Part shown: positions 57,586-64,000 of the stretch, one piece after another | Numbering within the stretch: the first letter of the stretch is position 1 | Layout: each line of letters opens with the position of its first letter | DNA from: Planctomycetota bacterium | GTDB taxonomy: Bacteria; Planctomycetota; B15-G4; SIAN01 | DNA length: 64,000 nt | Assembly: GCA_031409275.1 (NCBI GenBank) | Contig: JANNXA010000055.1 | Location: 448,001-512,000, forward strand | Direction of reading: 5' to 3' | Translations under genes and position numbers: made by a program | The notes under the pieces: model-generated | The model's database searches: none | What the model was told of the DNA's origin: nothing | Seen by the model: the letters and a program-made list of their open reading frames with translations, nothing else

Positions 57586-58350
57586 CTACTTCTTGCGCGC
57601 GCGGTCGAGGAACTCCCCCATCCGGCGCATCTTCTCCTCCGACTCGAACAGCACCGCCTGCGCCATCGCCTCGCCGATGTAGCCGGCGCCGGGTCGCGCG
57701 GAGCCATCGAGGCGAAACAGCAGCTTGGCGAAGCGCACCGCGAGGCGGTCCTGCTTCAGGATGTCGGCGCAGAGCTGCCGCCCCGCCGCCACGACTTCAG
57801 CGTCGGGGTAGACATGGTTCACGAGGCCGATCTTCAGTGCCTCCGCAGCATCGAGGATGCGGCCCGTGAAGATGAGCTCGCGAGCCTTGGCGGCGCCGAC
57901 GACGCGCGGCAGCCGATAGGTCGCGCCGGCCCCCGGCACGATGCCGAGCGAGACTTCGGGCTGGCCGAACTTCGCCGTATCGCCGGCGACCCGCAGATCG
58001 CAGGCGAGCGCGAGTTCGCTGCCGCCGCCGAGGCAGAAGCCGCGGATGGCGGCGACGGTCGGATAGGGCGTTTCCTCGAGCCGCTGGAACAGGCGCGAGT
58101 TGATCGACTGCAGCGCCTCGCGCCGCCGCCGATCGCGCAACTGCGCGATGTCGGCCCCTGCCGCGAACGCCTTGTCGCCGGCGCCGGTCAGCAGCATCGC
58201 GCCCACGGTGTCGTCCTCGGCCAGCGCGTCGAGGACGCCGTGCAGCGCGTCGATCATCGCCTTGTCGAGAGCGTTGCGCCGCTCGGGACGATTCAGGGTG
58301 ACGACGGCGAGCGCGCCATCGCGTTCCAGCTTGACCACCGGCTCTTCCAC
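57586..58350 (-). CDS. Enoyl-CoA hydratase/isomerase family protein
   Basis: LNRPERRNAL, AFAAGADI, GGGSELALACD, FGQPEVSLGIVPGAG. Confidence 0.92.
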   Translation of the reverse strand: MEEPVVKLERDGALAVVTLNRPERRNALDKAMIDALHGVLDALAEDDTVGAMLLTGAGDKAFAAGADIAQLRDRRRREALQSINSRLFQRLEETPYPTVAAIRGFCLGGGSELALACDLRVAGDTAKFGQPEVSLGIVPGAGATYRLPRVVGAAKARELIFTGRILDAAEALKIGLVNHVYPDAEVVAAGRQLCADILKQDRLAVRFAKLLFRLDGSARPGAGYIGEAMAQAVLFESEEKMRRMGEFLDRARKK

Positions 58351-58410
58351 GATTCGCTCCTCTTCGCGCTGCTCAACGTTGCTGCAGAGTCACCATCCCG
58401 AACGTCGGGA

Positions 58411-59439
58411 TCAGAACACCAGGACGACCTTCCCGTTCACGCGCCGCTCTTCGAGGAGGCGGTGGCCGGTCGCGACCTCCGCCATCGGGAGGACGCGATC
58501 CACCACCGGTCGGAACGTCCCGCGCTCGAAATGGGCGAGCACCTTGTGCAGCTCGCCGAGGCTGCCCATGGTCGAGCCGAGGATCGAGAGGCTCTTGAAG
58601 AAGATCAGGCGCACGTCGGTCTTCAGTTCCCCTCCGCTCGTGCCGCCGCACGTCACGAGGCGCCCGCCTTTGGCGAGGCAGCGCAGGCTGGCATCGAGCG
58701 TCTCCTGGCCGACGTGGTCGATCACCACATCGACCCCGCGCTTGGCGGTGACCTGGCGAACCTCTTCGGCGAATGACTTCTGCCCGTAGTCGATCGTCTC
58801 GTGCGCTCCGAGTTCACGCGCACGCGCGAGCTTCTCGGCGCCGCGCGCGGTGGCGACGATGCGCGCGCCGATCAGCCTGGCGATCTGGATCGCAGCGACC
58901 GAGACGCCGGATCCAGCGGCATGGATGAGGATCGTCTCGTGCGGCTCGAGCCGCGCGCGCTCCACCACCATGTGCCAAGCCGTGAGGAAGGTCAGCGCGA
59001 TGCTCGCCGCCTCCGGGAACGACAGCGCCAGCGGCTTGCGCAGGAGGTTGCGCGCGGGGGCCACCAGGAACTCGGCGCAGGCGCCGTCGCGGCTCTCACC
59101 GAAGATGCCGTAGTGACGGCAGAGGTGATCGGCGCCCGCGGAGCAGCGAGCGCATGCACCGCAGCCGATTCCAGGCGCGAGCAGCACCTGATCGCCGGGC
59201 TGCAGCGTGGTGACGCCGGGTCCCACCGCGTCGATCACGCCGGAGGCGTCGCATCCGGGGATGATCGGCAGCGGAAACTTGACGCCGGCGATGCCGCGTC
59301 GCACCCACGTGTCGAGGTGGTTCAGCCCGACCGCCTTGACGGCGAGGCGCGCTTCGCCGGGCCCGGGAATGGGAAGCTCGCGCTCTTCGAAGCGGAGCTG
59401 ATCGAACGCGCCGTGTTCACGGATGGTGACGCAATGCAT
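58411..59439 (-). CDS. Zinc-binding alcohol dehydrogenase/quinone oxidoreductase (MDR family)
   Basis: LNHLD, PGCDASG, structural Zn CGACARC..C, AAGSGVS, DHVG, GSTMG. Confidence 0.9.
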   Translation of the reverse strand: MHCVTIREHGAFDQLRFEERELPIPGPGEARLAVKAVGLNHLDTWVRRGIAGVKFPLPIIPGCDASGVIDAVGPGVTTLQPGDQVLLAPGIGCGACARCSAGADHLCRHYGIFGESRDGACAEFLVAPARNLLRKPLALSFPEAASIALTFLTAWHMVVERARLEPHETILIHAAGSGVSVAAIQIARLIGARIVATARGAEKLARARELGAHETIDYGQKSFAEEVRQVTAKRGVDVVIDHVGQETLDASLRCLAKGGRLVTCGGTSGGELKTDVRLIFFKSLSILGSTMGSLGELHKVLAHFERGTFRPVVDRVLPMAEVATGHRLLEERRVNGKVVLVF

Positions 59440-59583
59440 GGCGCGACCATAGCAGCCCGTCTGGAGCGTCCGCGCGATCCCGTCAAAGCCGAGCCCCCCG
59501 CGTCGTCCGGCACCAGCCTCCCGTCGCCTCGCGACGGGGATCAGGAACCAGACGGGCTAATGTCGCGCGGCGAGGTCGCGCCG

Positions 59584-60609
59584 ATGAACCAGCCCGTCGA
59601 CGAACGCTTCAGCCGCCAGCTCCGCTTCGCGCCGTTTGGCGCGGCGGGCCAGGCGCGGGCGCAATCGGCGACAGTGGCCGTGGTCGGGCTCGGCGGGCTC
59701 GGCAGCTGGATCGCCGAGCACCTCGCGCGCGCCGGAGTCGGCACGCTGCGCCTCATCGACCGCGATCTCGTCGAGACCAGCAATCTGCCCCGCCAGGGCC
59801 TCTATGGTGAAGAGGATGCGCGCCGCGGGACGCCCAAGGCCGAGGCCGCCGCGCAGCGCCTCGCCGCGATCGGCGGCCCGACGCGGCTCGAGCCGCACGT
59901 GGCCGAACTCACGCGCCGTTCGATCGACGCGCTCCTCGGCGGCTGCGACCTCGTGCTCGATGGGCTCGACCACTTCGCCGGCCGCTTCCTCCTGAACGAC
60001 TGGTGCCGCAAGAACGGCGTCACGTGGATCTACGGCGGTGCCGTCGGCGGCGCCGGAAGCGTGTTGCGCATCGACGCGGACCAGGGCCCGTGCCTGCGTT
60101 GCCTCTTCCCGGCCGCTTCAAATGCCGTCGGTGGCGAGACGTGCGACACGGTCGGCGTCCTCTCGCCGCTGCCGGCGCTGATCGCGGCGCTCCAGAGCAG
60201 CGAAGCGCTGCGCTTCCTCGCCGGCGATCGACGACCCGCGAAGCTCTGGCACATCGAGCCGTGGGAAGGGCGTACCCTCGCGCTCAAGCCGGGCGCACCC
60301 GCCGCCGACTGCCCGGTGTGCAGCCGTCGTGAGTGGCCCGCACTCGACCTGCAGCTCGACGCCGAGGAGACGAAGCTCTGCGGTCGCGACACGGTGCAGG
60401 TGGCGCCAACGAGCGGCGTGGCGCTGGACCTCACGCAGGTGGCGAAGCGCTGGCAGGGACTCGGCGCAGTCGAGCAGAGCCGCTTCCTGGTGCGTCTGCG
60501 CCTCGACGGGCTCGTGGTCACGCTGTTTCGAGATGGCCGCGCGTTGGTGCAAGGAACCGAGTCGCTGGAGCGCGCACGCGCCCTCTACGAGCGGCTGGTG
60601 GGTCGCTGA
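59584..60609 (+). CDS. ThiF/MoeB-family adenylyltransferase
   Basis: RFSRQ, GLGGLG, DRDLVETSNLPRQ, DGLD, CLRC, CDTVGV, CPVC; C-terminal LCGRDTVQ..FRDGRALVQGT extension. Confidence 0.9.
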   Translation: MNQPVDERFSRQLRFAPFGAAGQARAQSATVAVVGLGGLGSWIAEHLARAGVGTLRLIDRDLVETSNLPRQGLYGEEDARRGTPKAEAAAQRLAAIGGPTRLEPHVAELTRRSIDALLGGCDLVLDGLDHFAGRFLLNDWCRKNGVTWIYGGAVGGAGSVLRIDADQGPCLRCLFPAASNAVGGETCDTVGVLSPLPALIAALQSSEALRFLAGDRRPAKLWHIEPWEGRTLALKPGAPAADCPVCSRREWPALDLQLDAEETKLCGRDTVQVAPTSGVALDLTQVAKRWQGLGAVEQSRFLVRLRLDGLVVTLFRDGRALVQGTESLERARALYERLVGR

Positions 60610-60641
60610 CCGCAGCGCCGGCACCGCGGCATGAAACGGAA

Positions 60642-60678
60642 ACTCCCCGCAGAAGGTGCATGACCATCTGCGGGGAGT
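60642..60678 (-). terminator. Intrinsic terminator between convergent genes
   Basis: actccccgcaga / tctgcggggagt 12-bp stem; on the minus strand it is followed by TTCCGTTTC. Confidence 0.75.
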
Positions 60679-60730
60679 CGAGTGTTGCTGCTGCCGGACC
60701 GCGCGCGACGGCGAGCCGCCGCGCGAAGAC

Positions 60731-63505
60731 TCACTCCACGTCGACGTGATAGATCTGCAGGAATCCGGTGAAGCGGCCGCCCGAAAGCGCCGTCGTACCG
60801 ACCTCATGCGTCCCGTCGTCGAAGTCGTAGTTCGCCGAGCCGTTGAGCGAGAAGTAATAGAACTCCGCGTCCGACGCGTTGTCGGTGCCGGTGTCGCCGA
60901 TGGCGACGATCAAGCCCGGCGGCGCCGCGCCGCCCGTGTCGCTCGACGTCGCCGCGCGGACCCAGTCCATGGCCGAGATTGTCACCGTGGAGGTGAACAC
61001 CGAGGCCGTGTCGCTGAGCGTGTCGCGGAAGAAGAAGAGCAGATCCTGGTACTGGTAGTCCGCGAGGTTCGAGGTCGAACGCGTCCACGCCCAAGTCATG
61101 CCCAGCGACACCGGGCTACCCGTCAGCGATTCGACGTTCTGCGCGACACCGGGGCTCTCGGCCGTGATCTGGATCGCAGCGGTCGGGAAGTTGGCGTCGA
61201 AGACCCAGATGTGCTGCGACGCGGGCGTCACGCCGTTGATCGCCGCGGAGAAGACGCAGAGCGACGGATAGAGCCCGCCCGCGTACGAGAGGTGCCAGCT
61301 GAAGTTGTCGTTGACGCCGGACGGGTTCGAGGTGTCCGACGTCGTGCCGCCGGCGAATTCGTTCCCCGTGACGTTGAACGCCTTCAAGGTCACCGTGTCG
61401 ACGCCGACCAGGTTGGTCTTCGTACTGGCCGCGGTCAGTGCGCGCGCGAAGTAGTAGTAGCGGCCGTTGGGCGACAGGAAGAAGCCTTCCGGAAGGATCG
61501 TTCCGGCCGTGGTGTACGGAGCCACGAGCGTCGGGCGAGTGATGTTGCTGAGCAGCCCCGTCGACGGCCGGAAATGGAACAGGTCCATCGTCCGATCGGT
61601 CGCCGAAGTGTCCAACCCGTAGAAGAAGTAGAGGTTGTCGGCGTCGTGGAAGTAGAGGTCGATGGCGTCGTCGAGCGTGTTGCTCAGGCTTGCGCTGGCC
61701 ATGCGCGAATTGATGGTGATCTGGCCGTCGACGAAGAGCGTGTCGCCCGCGTCGTCACCTTCCCCGTTGCCGTCCGCATCGGCGGTGCTGCAGACGTAGA
61801 CCTCGTCGTCCTCGCCTCCGGTCGTTCCGTTCTCTTCGCTGTGGATCGAGACGAACGCGAGCTTGGAGCCGTCGGGAGTGAGCGACGCCTGGCCCGTCGC
61901 GCCGTTGTAAGCCTCGCCGGGCACGACCATCTTCGGGGCGGTACCGGTCAGCACCGGATAGAGCCGGAACTTCGTGAGGTTCACGGCGACGGTTGGAGCC
62001 GACTCGTAGACGGCGTACCAATCGCCCTTCTGGACGTGATCGGGGACCTGGCCCGAGACGGCCACGAAGCTGTCGCCTGCGAGGAAAACGACCAACGCGG
62101 CGTCTTCGCTCGGTCGCAGGAAGGAGCGATCGGCAACGATGTCGACCTTCGCCGCGGCCGTGGTCGTGGCATATCCGGTATTGACCGGGATCGAGATGAG
62201 TTGCGGCGTCGGATTCACCGCACGAATGTCGACGCTGAAGACCGTCTGGTCGAAGCGTCCGTCAGAGTCACCGTCCACCGCGACGTCGCGCGTGAACCAG
62301 AGGCGGTTGTCCGTGAAGATCGCCGCGCGCAGCGACGACGCAGATGCCGCCGCCTGGCTGAAGTTCTTGGTTCCCGAAGGCGTGACGTCGAGGAATCCGG
62401 TGGGACCGCCGCCCGAATTCCAGGGCTGGCTGCCATCCGTCGTGAAGATGAAGAGCTTCGGATCGCTGGCGGTGTCGTCGTAGATGCCGGCCGCCACGAT
62501 GCCATCGGGGCTGACGAGGATCGAGCCCTTCCACTGGTTTGTCGTGGCGGCGGAGAGGTCCTTCTTGCGACTGCCGGTAACGGCGAAGACGTCGACGCCC
62601 GGGGTGTTGGGGTTGGCACCCTTGTTGATGACGAGGAAGAACCCTTCGCCCGTGACGTTGTCGAAGCAGCGCAGCAGCTCGCGCTGCGGAACGCCGCCCG
62701 ACGCCGCTGGCAGCAGAATGCGCGGATACTCGTTGTTGTCGTTGTTCAGCGCGGGGCCGAACGTGGCATCACGGAAGTCGACCTCGCGCGGCTTGTCAGC
62801 GGCAGTTCCCGACTGATGCGTGGCCCACTCGTTGATGTCGGCCATCGAGATGCCGTCAGGAATGATGTTCGAGAGGCCGGACACCGCGGTGAACGTCGCA
62901 CCGTTCGGATTGCCGCCGCTGAACTGGAGAACGCCGAACTGAACCGCGTTCACACCGACGGCGCTCTGCGACACGACCGCGCGCGCGGCGGCACCCGGCG
63001 CAACGAAGTTCACCTCGACCGCGTTCGTGAAGTCGGTCGAGGTTCCCGACGACTCGAGCGCCACGGCCTGCAGGTAGATCGTTCCGGTCAGCGCCGATGG
63101 AATCCGGAAGTTGAGCGTCACGTTGCCGGAAACATCGAGGCGAAGGCGCGGATTGGGGCTGCGATCGGGCGAGATGTCGAGCGGCGGATAGTCCGCCTCG
63201 ACGATGCTGGTCGCGACGCCCGTCACCAACGGGAACGGCTTCTTGTTGGTGCCGCTGTTCTCGTCGAGGAACCAGCCGGTCCCCGCCGCGTTGTTCGCGG
63301 TCGCCGCGAACAGCCCATACGGGCGTCCGGCCAGCGACGGATTCGAGATCGTCACCGACATCGTCGTGCCGCTCGGCACGTCGAGCGTCGACGAGTTGTC
63401 ACTCGCCGTCGTCCCGTTGATGGTGAGTGTCGAATTCTGGGCGACCGCTGCTCCAGGCAGCGCCACGCAGGCGAAGGCGGCGGCGACCGCGCACAGGGGC
63501 TTCAA
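60731..63505 (-). CDS. Large secreted beta-rich protein (probable beta-propeller, surface-layer-like)
   Basis: TTG start with strong SD aaaggag; signal peptide ..LPGAAVA|Q; SPDG/TPDG/SPNG blade motifs; DxDxDG-type Ca-binding-like loops; Thr/Ser/Asn/Gly-rich. Confidence 0.78.
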   Translation of the reverse strand: MKPLCAVAAAFACVALPGAAVAQNSTLTINGTTASDNSSTLDVPSGTTMSVTISNPSLAGRPYGLFAATANNAAGTGWFLDENSGTNKKPFPLVTGVATSIVEADYPPLDISPDRSPNPRLRLDVSGNVTLNFRIPSALTGTIYLQAVALESSGTSTDFTNAVEVNFVAPGAAARAVVSQSAVGVNAVQFGVLQFSGGNPNGATFTAVSGLSNIIPDGISMADINEWATHQSGTAADKPREVDFRDATFGPALNNDNNEYPRILLPAASGGVPQRELLRCFDNVTGEGFFLVINKGANPNTPGVDVFAVTGSRKKDLSAATTNQWKGSILVSPDGIVAAGIYDDTASDPKLFIFTTDGSQPWNSGGGPTGFLDVTPSGTKNFSQAAASASSLRAAIFTDNRLWFTRDVAVDGDSDGRFDQTVFSVDIRAVNPTPQLISIPVNTGYATTTAAAKVDIVADRSFLRPSEDAALVVFLAGDSFVAVSGQVPDHVQKGDWYAVYESAPTVAVNLTKFRLYPVLTGTAPKMVVPGEAYNGATGQASLTPDGSKLAFVSIHSEENGTTGGEDDEVYVCSTADADGNGEGDDAGDTLFVDGQITINSRMASASLSNTLDDAIDLYFHDADNLYFFYGLDTSATDRTMDLFHFRPSTGLLSNITRPTLVAPYTTAGTILPEGFFLSPNGRYYYFARALTAASTKTNLVGVDTVTLKAFNVTGNEFAGGTTSDTSNPSGVNDNFSWHLSYAGGLYPSLCVFSAAINGVTPASQHIWVFDANFPTAAIQITAESPGVAQNVESLTGSPVSLGMTWAWTRSTSNLADYQYQDLLFFFRDTLSDTASVFTSTVTISAMDWVRAATSSDTGGAAPPGLIVAIGDTGTDNASDAEFYYFSLNGSANYDFDDGTHEVGTTALSGGRFTGFLQIYHVDVE

Positions 63506-63719
63506 GATGCTCTCCTTTGCTCGCTCGGACTGCTTCGAGGACCGAAGCACGGGTTCGTGTTCAGCGCTGAACGGGAAAACCGCGGGAGGATAGCAACCGC
63601 TCCCACCGGAGGTCACGGGGGAGCCGCGCCATCGCGGCCGCAAATCGGCCGAGTTGACCGGGCGTCGACGGCGTCACTGCAAGCGCTGCGCCAGCCCGCC
63701 GCCCTGCCCGTCCCGGGGC

Positions 63720-64000
63720 TCACCGCCCCTCCACCATCGGCGCGCCCCACTTCAGGCGCTCGCGGATCGTGCGGAAGCGCGTGCGCGTGACGACCGTCGC
63801 GGCGCGCAAATCGGCGGCGGCCTCGACGACTTCGACGACGCTGCCCTCGTCGAGCGCCACCGTCTCCTGGCCGTCGATGGTCAGCGCCGTCCCGTGACGA
63901 GCGCGGTGGACCAGCAGCTCGATGCGCCTGCTGCTGCGCAGCACCAGGGGTCGGTAGGTCAGCGCCTGCGAGTTGACCGGCGTCACCAGCAGGCAGCGGT
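63720..64000 (-). CDS. nadK: NAD(+) kinase, C-terminal part (5' end outside window)
   Basis: VTPVNSQALTYRPLV, LTIDGQ, F..IRERLKWG. Confidence 0.8.
   Translation of the reverse strand, partial: RCLLVTPVNSQALTYRPLVLRSSRRIELLVHRARHGTALTIDGQETVALDEGSVVEVVEAAADLRAATVVTRTRFRTIRERLKWGAPMVEGR

Noticed and set aside
16983..60609. Possible RiPP cluster (radical SAM, ThiF-like enzyme, RRE-M50 peptidase)
   Set aside because: The radical SAM is housekeeping RlmN and the ThiF/MoeB protein is an ordinary type. The genes are tens of kb apart, and I saw no short precursor peptide near the M50 fusion.

Overview
High-GC bacterial chromosome segment, probably from the Planctomycetota/PVC group. That placement is an inference from the LEPR-XLL-type leader, the PurS-PurS-PurL fusion, a divergent L34, DUF1080 and a PEP-CTERM protein. 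Most of the window is housekeeping or envelope genes: sulfatase, PafA-type phosphatase, nfeD-nfeD-floA-yqfB-like operon, lolCE/lolD-lysS, tig-clpP-clpX-rlmN, ECF sigma/anti-sigma/HtrA-like locus, accA, purL-purQ, Lon-like protease, galK-like kinase, four tRNAs (His, Arg, Lys, Leu), ychF, a RluA-family gene, rpmH and a partial NAD kinase. The standout is an accessory five-gene cluster at 40.7-50.3 kb. It encodes a 1,400-aa RTX/PKD/cadherin-like surface protein with an N-terminal LEPR-XLL leader and a 75-aa tandem repeat, flanked by three different membrane-fusion (HlyD-like) proteins and a PilZ protein. One MFP is a plain periplasmic adaptor, one is fused to GAF-like domains, and one is fused to a PqqD/RRE-like domain plus an intact site-2 (M50) protease. 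The cluster has no ABC ATPase, RND pump or TolC. It looks like a non-canonical, possibly leader-directed and c-di-GMP-linked, type-I-like secretion system. Secondary findings are a catalytically dead HtrA in the ECF operon, a GalK homologue with uronate-kinase-like substitutions, a domainless PEP-CTERM protein, and an unnamed module shared by two secreted proteins. All calls come from motif reading by eye; no database searches were run.
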